Source: Candidatus Levyibacteriota bacterium (lineage in GTDB: Bacteria; Patescibacteriota; Microgenomatia; Levybacterales; GWA1-39-11). Taken from it: 53,941 bases of DNA. Both the position numbers and the translations under genes were made by a program. The notes beneath the pieces are model-generated. The model searched no databases. It was not told where the DNA came from and saw only the letters and a list, made by a program, of their open reading frames with translations. Below, in pieces: positions 9,163-17,087 of the stretch; position 1 is the first letter of the stretch; the number at the start of each line of letters is the position of its first letter. The stretch lies in NCBI GenBank assembly GCA_030645455.1, contig JAUSNA010000069.1:1-53941 (forward strand). Reading direction: 5' to 3'.

Positions 9163-9630
9163 ATGAAAACTGCCCAGTTGAAATACCAGAAAGGTTTCAC
9201 ACTTATCGAACTTCTCGTTGTTATTGGAATTTTGGCAGTTCTTCTTGCAATTACACTTATAGCAATCAACCCTGCACGTCAATTCTCTCAAGCAAATAAT
9301 ACGCAAAGAGCAAGTGATGTGAACGCTATTCTTAATGCTGTTGGACAATATGCAGTTGATAACAATGGAGACTTGACTGCTCTTGGCATACCGGTAGCAC
9401 CAGCTGCTGCAGGAAATATCGGGAATGCAGGAATCAACCTGTGCTCAGCACTCGTGCCAACCTACATTGCGGAACTTCCGGTTGATCCTCAGACTGGAAG
9501 CTATACTGATTGCACAACATATGATACCCAATATGAAATTGTCCGATCCAACACTGATAGCCGCGTAACTGTTAATGCTCCCGACACAGAAATCCCACCA
9601 GCTGCAGCTATAATAAATGTAACTAGATAA
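9163..9630 (+). CDS. Type IV major pilin, paralog A
   Basis: MKTAQLKYQKG|FTLIELLVVIGILAVLLAITLIAINPARQF: 11-aa type IVa-like leader with Phe+1 and Glu+5. The track ORF starts at 9103, but I prefer ATG 9163. Confidence 0.85.
   Translation: MKTAQLKYQKGFTLIELLVVIGILAVLLAITLIAINPARQFSQANNTQRASDVNAILNAVGQYAVDNNGDLTALGIPVAPAAAGNIGNAGINLCSALVPTYIAELPVDPQTGSYTDCTTYDTQYEIVRSNTDSRVTVNAPDTEIPPAAAIINVTR
9191..9380 (+). repeat. Direct repeat copy 1 (5' pilin segment), about 490 nt from copy 2
   Basis: Aligns base-for-base with 9681-9870 at offset 490. It includes a 37-nt identical run gcacgtcaattctctcaagcaaataatacgcaaagag (9274-9310 = 9764-9800). Confidence 0.85.
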
Positions 9631-9646
9631 TATTTTTAATCGTAAT

Positions 9647-10132
9647 ATGATTCATTTTATAAATAACAAAAAAATTCAAAAAGGTTTTACGCTTATTGAG
9701 CTTCTCGTTGTTATTGGAATTTTAGCTGTTCTTCTTGCAATTACACTTATCGCGATCAACCCGGCACGTCAATTCTCTCAAGCAAATAATACGCAAAGAG
9801 CTAGTGACGTTAACGCAATTCTAAATGCTGTTGGACAATATGCGGTTGAAAATAACGGCGATCTATCTGCACTCGCTATTCCGGTTGGATCTGCAAGTGC
9901 GGTAGTTGTTGGAAGTAATACCGCTGGCGGACAATTGGATTTTTGTCCTGATATAGTGCCAACATATATCGCTGAGATGCCCGTTGATCCTCAAACTGGA
10001 ACGTGGGTTGATTGTACAAATTATAGCTCAAATTACACAATTTTCCGCTCCGCTACGGATAGTAGAATTACTGTCTCAGCTCCTAATACCGAGATTCCTC
10101 CAGCAGCTGAAGTGATATCTGTTACGAGATAG
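9647..10132 (+). CDS. Type IV major pilin, paralog B
   Basis: MIHFINNKKIQKG|FTLIELLVVIGILAVLLAITLIAINPARQF. The first ~60 mature residues are nearly identical to paralog A, the middle diverges, and the C-terminus (VPTYIAE.PVDPQTG...TEIPPAA..I.VTR) is conserved. Confidence 0.85.
   Translation: MIHFINNKKIQKGFTLIELLVVIGILAVLLAITLIAINPARQFSQANNTQRASDVNAILNAVGQYAVENNGDLSALAIPVGSASAVVVGSNTAGGQLDFCPDIVPTYIAEMPVDPQTGTWVDCTNYSSNYTIFRSATDSRITVSAPNTEIPPAAEVISVTR
9681..9870 (+). repeat. Direct repeat copy 2 (5' pilin segment)
   Basis: See copy 1. By eye most differences are synonymous third positions. Confidence 0.85.
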
Positions 10133-10242
10133 ACCTACAATTCTTCCTAAGTATTGCCATGATCTTATTTTAATGATAGGATTTTTATTGTAAAAAGTTA
10201 CTATCCTTTAAATAACTATTTATTAATGATAAAGTAGAATAT

Positions 10243-10635
10243 ATGGAGAAAAAAATACTGATTGCTGAAGACGAACAATTCCTAAGAGAACTTTACGCAG
10301 ATGTTTTAAGGGGTGAAGGCTACACCGTAGATACTGCTATAGATGGCGAGGAAGCGTTCACCAAAATGTCTAAGGGGGGATGGGACTTAGTCTTATTGGA
10401 CATTATTATGCCAAACATTAGTGGTCTTGATGTAATGAAAAAAATGCAGTCATCCCCTCAACCCGAAATACCCAATAAGACCGTTGTTTTTCTCACAAAC
10501 CTTGATAAAGGTGAGGAAATCAAACAAGCATTACTTCTTGGGAACGGTTATCTTATCAAAAGTCAGATCACTCCGGGAGACTTGGTCCATGAAGTACAAT
10601 TATACCTAAGTCAGCCTACTCCACCCACTAAATAG
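10243..10635 (+). CDS. Single-domain response regulator (REC only)
   Basis: KKILIAEDE...WDLVLLDIIMPNISGLDV...VVFLTN...K. No output domain. Confidence 0.85.
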   Translation: MEKKILIAEDEQFLRELYADVLRGEGYTVDTAIDGEEAFTKMSKGGWDLVLLDIIMPNISGLDVMKKMQSSPQPEIPNKTVVFLTNLDKGEEIKQALLLGNGYLIKSQITPGDLVHEVQLYLSQPTPPTK

Positions 10636-12072
10636 CTACTTCTTTTGAGCAATCGGGATAGAAAAAGAGAATACCGAACCCTTATTTTCGCCTCCCGATT
10701 CGACCCAAATTCTTCCTCCATGCAACTCTACCAACGATTTTGATAAGTAGAGCCCAAGACCGGTTCCCTGTCCGCTTTGCTTAGTTAAGTAATTTCCTCC
10801 CAGCATGTTAAATTTTTTGAATAATTTTTCCATATCCTCACTTTTAATTCCGCGTCCGGTATCCGCAACGTGAGTGATTATATTTCCCTCTTTTAATTCT
10901 TGTGAAATCGTAATACTTCCTTCCCTGGGTGTAAATTTGAGGGAATTACCGATCAGATTAATTAATACTTGCTTTATTCTTTCCGAATCAAAAAATCCCA
11001 TAGGAAGAGGTGATAAAGGCGTAAAAAGCAATCTTAACCCTTGCTCTAGGGCTCTTGGCTGCATCTCATCAACAACTTCTTTAACTAATGCTGTCATGTC
11101 TGCCTGCTTTGACTCTATAGTTAATCTTCCCGATTCGATTCTGGAAATATTAAGCATGTCATTAACCATATTGATAAGCCGAATCGTTGAGCTATATGTC
11201 CGTTGTAAATACTCTTTTTGTTTATCGTTAACAACTCCGGTTTTACCCTCAAGAAGAAGCCAAATATATGACTTTATAACAGTCATTGGTGTTCTTAACT
11301 CATGCGAAGCAAGAGATACGAACTCGTCCTTTAATTTATCAAGTTGCTCAAGCTGCTCGTTGGCAAGCTGCAATTTCTTTGTAGTTTCATTGAGAGAATT
11401 GAATAACAACGCGTTATCAAGGGCAATACCAGCTGCTCCTACAAAACTTTCCAATACCGCCCATTCCTCATCAGTTATAGCCTCCTTTTCCTTACTAAGA
11501 CTAAATACAAGAGAACCCAAAACTTTATCTTTTGCAATCAAAGGATATACTATCGAAGTTTTTATACCCAGTGTATGCTGAAAACTATCAACCCATTCCC
11601 TTGTTATAGCGGGAACTAGAATATCTGAAACATTGGTAGTCGTAAACATCTTCCTTTCATTGATTGCTCTTATGGAAAGGTTGTCTACAGCAGAGAAAGG
11701 AATAATAATATCATTAAAAGGTATTGGGGTTGCCTCTAAAAACCTGCCAGCTGCTTGAGTGTTGGAAATTGCGATCCTCCTAAGCCCCTGACTTTTCTCA
11801 TCTCTCATCGTTAGGACAATCACTTCATATCCCGCATTCATGTATCCGAGTTCTGTTAGGATAATATTTACGACCTGTTTTGTGGCATCATTAAAATCGA
11901 CAGTTTCAAGAACAGCTTTTTCAATCCGCCAAATAGATTCAAATACGCTTTTGAACTTTTTATTGCTATCGTTACCTAGAAGCGCTTTTTTACGAAACGT
12001 AAATAACAATAATGATAATAAAATAATTGCAAATATTAGAAAAATAAAAATAGGAAAAGCTAAATCGGGCAT
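10636..12072 (-). CDS. Sensor histidine kinase (TM - GAF-like - HisKA - HATPase_c)
   Basis: N-terminal TM, a central GAF-like region, H-box SHELRTPMT, N-box LINLIGNSLKF, G1 DTGRGI and G2 GTGLGL. Its stop codon directly abuts the stop of the convergent REC gene (10635/10636). Confidence 0.88.
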   Translation of the reverse strand: MPDLAFPIFIFLIFAIILLSLLLFTFRKKALLGNDSNKKFKSVFESIWRIEKAVLETVDFNDATKQVVNIILTELGYMNAGYEVIVLTMRDEKSQGLRRIAISNTQAAGRFLEATPIPFNDIIIPFSAVDNLSIRAINERKMFTTTNVSDILVPAITREWVDSFQHTLGIKTSIVYPLIAKDKVLGSLVFSLSKEKEAITDEEWAVLESFVGAAGIALDNALLFNSLNETTKKLQLANEQLEQLDKLKDEFVSLASHELRTPMTVIKSYIWLLLEGKTGVVNDKQKEYLQRTYSSTIRLINMVNDMLNISRIESGRLTIESKQADMTALVKEVVDEMQPRALEQGLRLLFTPLSPLPMGFFDSERIKQVLINLIGNSLKFTPREGSITISQELKEGNIITHVADTGRGIKSEDMEKLFKKFNMLGGNYLTKQSGQGTGLGLYLSKSLVELHGGRIWVESGGENKGSVFSFSIPIAQKK

Positions 12073-12098
12073 TAGAATAAGTATATCATGAAGGCTAT

Positions 12099-13355
12099 TT
12101 AGTGATCGTGAGGTTGTCCGTTGCGGCCTACAATTTTTCTAACTGTATTTTCGGATAGTTGTCTTCCTGTTGAGTGGGCAAAATTTAGAACCTCAAGAGC
12201 TTTTTCTTCAGTTAAATTAAGAATTCCTAACGATTCACAATATAAATAAACATTCGAGAGTCCACTCGTAGCACCTATTTTTACTTTAGGTTCTAGACCA
12301 ACTTCCTTCGGATCAAATGGGAAATAAATAGGCGTATCTCCCATTTTTCCATACGTATTTGCGTGCACACCGGATGAGGTTTCAGGCCAATTCTCTCCGA
12401 TTATCGGTTCGTGCGATGTAGGGTGTGCAACCTTTAATATATCAGAGGCTAAATGTGCAAATTGAATAATTTCTTTGGTATCTATATCTCTAAATCCTCT
12501 TAAATTTAAAAGAACTATCAATTTTTCCAAGCTTACATTTCCAGCCCGTTCACCTACACTTCTTGCCGTAGCGTGCAATCTATCGACTCCTTCTTGTGCT
12601 GCAACAAGACTATTTGCAAGTCCCATACCTAAGTCGTCGTGTTCATGAAAGTCAAATTTTATGTGGGGATACTTATTACCTATTTTTGAAAATACCTCAC
12701 GAAAAATATTTACGGTTCCCTGAGGTGTCAAAACACCGGTTGTATCGGCAATTGCCAATCTATCGGCTCCACTATCAGCCGCAATCATGCATATTTCATA
12801 TAATTCTTCCGGTGGTGTTGCACTTGCTCGTTCAGGTACATACATAACACTTAAACCCTCTTTTTTTAAAAACTCTATATTTTTAGATGTTCTTATCATC
12901 ATTTCCTCTCTATTCCATCCTTGAACTTTTGAACGGATTTTGCTCGGATCCCAAAAGACATCGGCTTCGAGGGGCACGTTGGATCTTTCGGCTATTTCAA
13001 CAATAGCTCTTGCATCATCTATTGCAGCAGCCCTTCCAGCTACACTGAAAGTCAACCGTTCTTTTCTTTTTGTTGACGAGTCTATAAGGCTTACTATCTC
13101 GTTTCTATGCAACTGACTTGTTGCAGGAAAACCTATATCAAGATGGTCAACATAATCCCTAGAGGCGACGTGATAAATATATTTATCTTTCTCTTCTAAA
13201 GTTGGTTGGTCTTCGTCTTCTTCAAATTGCGTACCCTGCATTCCATCCCTCCATGTCTCATCGTCAATCTCAACTTTTAACTGGGGGCTTTTTACCGGCT
13301 CGCTTGGACCTTGATGAAGGTTCCAATCATAGATTCCTTCGTACTCTTTTCTCAT
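12099..13355 (-). CDS. HMGL-family 2-oxoacid:acetyl-CoA synthase (isopropylmalate/citramalate/homocitrate synthase-like)
   Basis: DETWRDGMQG (variant of DTTLRDGxQ) and HEHDDLGMGLANSLVAAQEG (HxH metal ligands of the pyruvate carboxyltransferase TIM barrel). No LeuA regulatory domain is evident. Confidence 0.78.
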   Translation of the reverse strand: MRKEYEGIYDWNLHQGPSEPVKSPQLKVEIDDETWRDGMQGTQFEEDEDQPTLEEKDKYIYHVASRDYVDHLDIGFPATSQLHRNEIVSLIDSSTKRKERLTFSVAGRAAAIDDARAIVEIAERSNVPLEADVFWDPSKIRSKVQGWNREEMMIRTSKNIEFLKKEGLSVMYVPERASATPPEELYEICMIAADSGADRLAIADTTGVLTPQGTVNIFREVFSKIGNKYPHIKFDFHEHDDLGMGLANSLVAAQEGVDRLHATARSVGERAGNVSLEKLIVLLNLRGFRDIDTKEIIQFAHLASDILKVAHPTSHEPIIGENWPETSSGVHANTYGKMGDTPIYFPFDPKEVGLEPKVKIGATSGLSNVYLYCESLGILNLTEEKALEVLNFAHSTGRQLSENTVRKIVGRNGQPHDH

Positions 13356-13361
13356 CAGAAT

Positions 13362-13390
13362 ATATTACTATCTTGAAGTATATATGTAAA
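13362..13390 (-). promoter_or_regulatory. Putative promoter of the HMGL-type synthase (leaderless-type spacing)
   Basis: Minus strand: TTTACA (13385-13390), 17 nt, TAATAT (13362-13367), then 6 nt to ATG 13355. Confidence 0.4.
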
Positions 13391-15393
13391 TGTTTGAAGA
13401 TAGAAAAACTTACCGTATAATGCAAAGAATGAGTACTGAAACTTTATTCCAACCTGATTTTGAACCTCAAAAAGAGGAGTTTCAACTTACAGGAAGAATA
13501 TTGTATTTAACCGTTGACCCGGATCTAATTCGTCAGCAACTTGATGGAGAAAATATTCCTATACCTTTAGCCTCTGATCTGGCATTTGGTGTTTCAACGG
13601 ATGAACTTGCACCAAACCGCATATGTCTCCAATACACAGGGCACGAAGAAGATTTATTGGGGAACAATCTTTTGACGGGTTTTAGAGGTGGAGTAATAAA
13701 ATCGGGAGAAATTTTAAATGGAAATTTTGAGGCAATAGTAGCCGGTCCTTCTTTTGGAAGGGGTTCTTCAAGATATCATGCTCCAATTGCACTACAAGAA
13801 GCAGGTATAAAAGTTCTTATCACCGAACCTGCCGAAAGAATATTTTCTGAAAATGCGGTAAATGCAGGGATAAATATACTTCATCCAGAAAGTGAAGCAG
13901 CACAAATTCTTCTGGAAGAAAACCGCATACCACTTTCAAAACTTCGTGAACATTTACCACCTATTTCTAGAGAAATTATTAATGCAGGGAGTCTTCTTAA
14001 ATATTTACAAATGCTTCACGAAGGAAAATTTTCTTATCCGGTACCAAAGCAACAGCAAAGACCTATGACTATGGCAGAAAAAATGATAACGCGAAAGGTA
14101 AAAACAGGAAGCAATAGTGTTGGTGTAAGTTACGTAAAACCTGGAGATCAAGTAATTGCGATTCCAGATATGTATTATGGATATGAACTGCAAACAACTG
14201 TTGTAAGGCGGGCATTAACTGACGAATTCGGCGACGAAATTCCAGTATCAAATCCAGATAAAACTATACTTTTTAATGACCACACGGCACTCATTCAAAA
14301 TACAGAAGCAGCTCAAACACAACAAAAGGAGCAAAAGGTTTTTGCAGATCAACATGGAATCATTAATTTTGAAAACGACGATAGTGGATCTGAGGCAATA
14401 TGCCATACAAAAATGCTTGAAGATTTTGCATTACCCAATCAACTCATTTTAGGAAATGATTCTCACACGTGCACACTCGGAGCAGTTAATACGTTGGCTG
14501 TTGGAAAAGGAGCTGCAGATTTGGCAGGAGCAATTGCATTCGACGAAATGGTAATTCAAGTTCCGGAAACTGTTCGCGTAAATGTAGTTGGAAAACTTAG
14601 AAGTGGGGCAACTATAAAAGATGCTGTTCTTGCCTTAGGCGCCAGAGATGATATGAAAGATGGAAGACTTGCAAGTGGAAGAGTTTTGGAATTTGGAGGA
14701 GAAGCACTAAACAATATTCTATTTGATGAGCAAATAAAATTTACGAATATGGCAGTTGAACTTCAAGCTTTTACAGGAATTTTGGAACCAAATATACAAA
14801 TGTTCCAGTACTTAAATGAAAAACGGGGAATGACTCTTCGAGAATTTTCAGAGCAAATGGTTATCAGTGATGATTCTGCGGAATATGCAAGCACCTTAAC
14901 CCTCGATCTTTCAACAGTTGAACCAATGGTTGCAACTCCCGGAGATACACAAAATGGAGTAAAGCTCTCTGAGATTACAAAACAGAAAATAAAAATACAA
15001 AAAGCATATATCGGATCGTGTACCCATGGAACTCCTGAAGATTTAAGGCAAGGGGCAGAAGTTACAAAAGGAAGGAAAATCTGCGAGACGACAAAGTTAT
15101 ATGTGCAAGCAAGTTCTCAAGGAAATTTACAAACTGCAGAAGAATATGGATACATTCAAACACTCCTAGACGCGGGCGCAGAACTTCTTCCAATTGGATG
15201 CGGAGCATGTATGAATGCGGGACCGGGTTCAACCGAAGAAGGAGAAGTGGGAATTTTTGCAACTAATAGAAACTACCCGGGAAGAACAGGAAAAGGAGAA
15301 ACCTATCTTTCAAATCCAAAAGTAGTTGCTGCAAGCGCAATTGCCGGGTTTATTTGCGGACCTGAAGATTTAGAAAACAACTATACAGCGTGA
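13390..15393 (+). CDS. Aconitase-family [4Fe-4S] dehydratase with permuted fusion: LeuD-like swivel domain N-terminal to LeuC-like catalytic domains
   Basis: Residues ~30-210 carry the small-subunit signature GPSFGRGSSRYHAPIALQEAGIKVLITEPAERIFSENAVNAG. Large-subunit signatures follow: MTMAEKMI, GNDSHTCTLGA, and the three cluster cysteines in YIGSCTHG and GCGACMN, then NRNYPGRTG. The real start may be ATG 13429. Confidence 0.8.
   Translation: MFEDRKTYRIMQRMSTETLFQPDFEPQKEEFQLTGRILYLTVDPDLIRQQLDGENIPIPLASDLAFGVSTDELAPNRICLQYTGHEEDLLGNNLLTGFRGGVIKSGEILNGNFEAIVAGPSFGRGSSRYHAPIALQEAGIKVLITEPAERIFSENAVNAGINILHPESEAAQILLEENRIPLSKLREHLPPISREIINAGSLLKYLQMLHEGKFSYPVPKQQQRPMTMAEKMITRKVKTGSNSVGVSYVKPGDQVIAIPDMYYGYELQTTVVRRALTDEFGDEIPVSNPDKTILFNDHTALIQNTEAAQTQQKEQKVFADQHGIINFENDDSGSEAICHTKMLEDFALPNQLILGNDSHTCTLGAVNTLAVGKGAADLAGAIAFDEMVIQVPETVRVNVVGKLRSGATIKDAVLALGARDDMKDGRLASGRVLEFGGEALNNILFDEQIKFTNMAVELQAFTGILEPNIQMFQYLNEKRGMTLREFSEQMVISDDSAEYASTLTLDLSTVEPMVATPGDTQNGVKLSEITKQKIKIQKAYIGSCTHGTPEDLRQGAEVTKGRKICETTKLYVQASSQGNLQTAEEYGYIQTLLDAGAELLPIGCGACMNAGPGSTEEGEVGIFATNRNYPGRTGKGETYLSNPKVVAASAIAGFICGPEDLENNYTA
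13394..13421 (+). promoter_or_regulatory. Putative promoter of the aconitase-family gene (leaderless-type spacing)
   Basis: TTGAAG (13394-13399), 16 nt, TATAAT (13416-13421), then 7 nt to in-frame ATG 13429 (MSTETLF...). Confidence 0.4.
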
Positions 15394-16448
15394 TGCCCAA
15401 CCCTGCGACTTGAAACGAATGGCGCTTTTACTTCTCCGTGCATTCGACTGTTGTAAAATTCTCGATAACGCTCTATTTGTGCCATTACATCACTTACACG
15501 CTTATCCGACATTTCATTATTTCTTCTATTATATTTTGTTTTGCTTGATGCCGTGTATTTTTTATCTATACCTATTCTTTCGGGCTCAAAGCTGATTGGC
15601 ACACCAATATTCATTTCTATTGCTTCGGGAGAAATTGATCCAACACGTAAAATTTTTGGGGGAAACTCAGCAAACGACAACATGGTTTGGGACCTCCCGA
15701 TTCTTGCTGCTTCTGCAATTTCGTCAAAAAGAATAAAGTCTATTTCTTTTTGCCATTCTGGGTTTTTCATAAATGCAGCATATAATTCTTTTGATGTATA
15801 GCTTGGATCCTCTCCATTAACATTTAAAGATCCTCCCCCCAACAACCCCCTTTTAACTTTCTTTCGTAACTTATTTCCAAGCTCTTCATACCCCCAATGT
15901 CCTGGTATCCAAAATGCCGCAAGTGTATGCTCCGGCTGACGCACAACACCGGGATCGACTTCGGCATTTTTCTTTAAAGGAAAAACGGCATGTAAAGGAC
16001 CGTCCGGATATATATCATGACGAGCACCTGCCCAGCGCAATTGTTTTAATTCAAGAGGCAGTCTATCAACATCAACAAGATCTATAATATCGTCCGGATT
16101 TGTAAATGCTACAAAGTTTTGCGACCGGGGACGTCTTTTAATAGTTTCAAACATTGGATCATGTTCCTTAACTTCAGGTCTTCTAACTTCAACAACTCCA
16201 AAATTACCCATTATAAAAGCGGCAGCTCTGTCTCCATTTTTCAACCTCTCTGCGATTTCTTCGTGATGAGAAGGGCTCCATATTGAATAAGTGTCTAATT
16301 TATTTACTTGTCCTTCGTGCTCAAACTCCCATATACCCTTATCCAACTGTATATTTTTACCCTCAAATCTAAGAATGTTCCCTTCATAGTGTGGAGAACG
16401 AAGTATGTCACGGCTATTATTTTGTAGAGTTTCGGAAGCTGTCGCCAT
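15381..16448 (-). CDS. Divergent YrdC/Sua5-fold (threonylcarbamoyl-AMP synthase-like) protein
   Basis: Five collinear weak matches to TsaC/Sua5 motifs as I remember them. These are GNFGVVEV (PTExVFGVG), IKRRPRSQNFVAF (LKxRPxxKPLILI), YPDGPLHAVFPLK (WPGPVTFVFP), LAAFWIPGH (LAVRVPxHP) and GGGSLNVNGEDP (STSANLSGxPP). Also IDFILFD...GRSQTMLSF...ILRVGSIS (vDlilDgG..STvvd...ilRxG). 13-nt 3' overlap with the convergent aconitase gene. Confidence 0.4.
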   Translation of the reverse strand: MATASETLQNNSRDILRSPHYEGNILRFEGKNIQLDKGIWEFEHEGQVNKLDTYSIWSPSHHEEIAERLKNGDRAAAFIMGNFGVVEVRRPEVKEHDPMFETIKRRPRSQNFVAFTNPDDIIDLVDVDRLPLELKQLRWAGARHDIYPDGPLHAVFPLKKNAEVDPGVVRQPEHTLAAFWIPGHWGYEELGNKLRKKVKRGLLGGGSLNVNGEDPSYTSKELYAAFMKNPEWQKEIDFILFDEIAEAARIGRSQTMLSFAEFPPKILRVGSISPEAIEMNIGVPISFEPERIGIDKKYTASSKTKYNRRNNEMSDKRVSDVMAQIERYREFYNSRMHGEVKAPFVSSRRVGHHAV

Positions 16449-16451
16449 ATA

Positions 16452-16480
16452 TTTACAATGACCTATAATATAGGTATAAT
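16452..16480 (+). promoter_or_regulatory. Near-consensus sigma70 promoter placed for a leaderless mRNA
   Basis: TTTACA (16452-16457), exactly 17 nt, TATAAT (16475-16480), then 6 nt (cctacc) to ATG 16487. No Shine-Dalgarno is possible. Confidence 0.55.
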
Positions 16481-16486
16481 CCTACC

Positions 16487-17029
16487 ATGAGTGTTGAGCT
16501 GACGCAAGAGAAAAAAAGCAAATTCGAAAATCTCAAGAAATCTGCAAAAAAAATGGCTGTACCAGCGCTAGTCGGGGCTGGAATTATTTTCCCGGCATCA
16601 GTATATACCGCCGCTGCAGTTGAAACAGATCCCAAAGACAGAAGTAATGAAATTTCAGATTTTTTAGATAACAGACAAGCGGAAATTTCCGAAGGTGTAC
16701 TTCTATTATCCGGCGTCGCTCTTACACTCAATGCATATTACACAGGAAAACGATACGATGAAAAAAAATTACACATTCTAAGAGTTGCCGGTCCTACTTT
16801 ACTTACTGCTGCTGCAACGACAGCACTTATTGACTCACAAACACCAATTAACTATGCGATTCCAGCGGGTCTTGCGCTTGCATCAACTTATGCTCTAGCA
16901 TCAACAAATATAATATCCACTTTTGAAAGAACCCGGGATATAGCAATAAGAAGTACTACTATCGCCGCGGGTGGAGCTCTTGTTGCAGGAGGTGCAACGA
17001 TATTTTTGGCTGCCGCTGACAAACTTTAA
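16487..17029 (+). CDS. Ala-rich membrane protein, hypothetical
   Basis: 180-aa ORF with 4-5 hydrophobic, Ala/Gly/Thr-rich segments. No motif recognised. Confidence 0.55.
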   Translation: MSVELTQEKKSKFENLKKSAKKMAVPALVGAGIIFPASVYTAAAVETDPKDRSNEISDFLDNRQAEISEGVLLLSGVALTLNAYYTGKRYDEKKLHILRVAGPTLLTAAATTALIDSQTPINYAIPAGLALASTYALASTNIISTFERTRDIAIRSTTIAAGGALVAGGATIFLAAADKL

Positions 17030-17087
17030 ATTCCCTTGACAACATACTCATTCCTCGCCTATGCTTAAATAGAGAGGGGGTGAAATA

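Noticed and set aside
10874-11581. 235-aa ORF on the plus strand
   Set aside because: It is antisense to the well-supported histidine kinase gene and has no motifs. This is a shadow frame.
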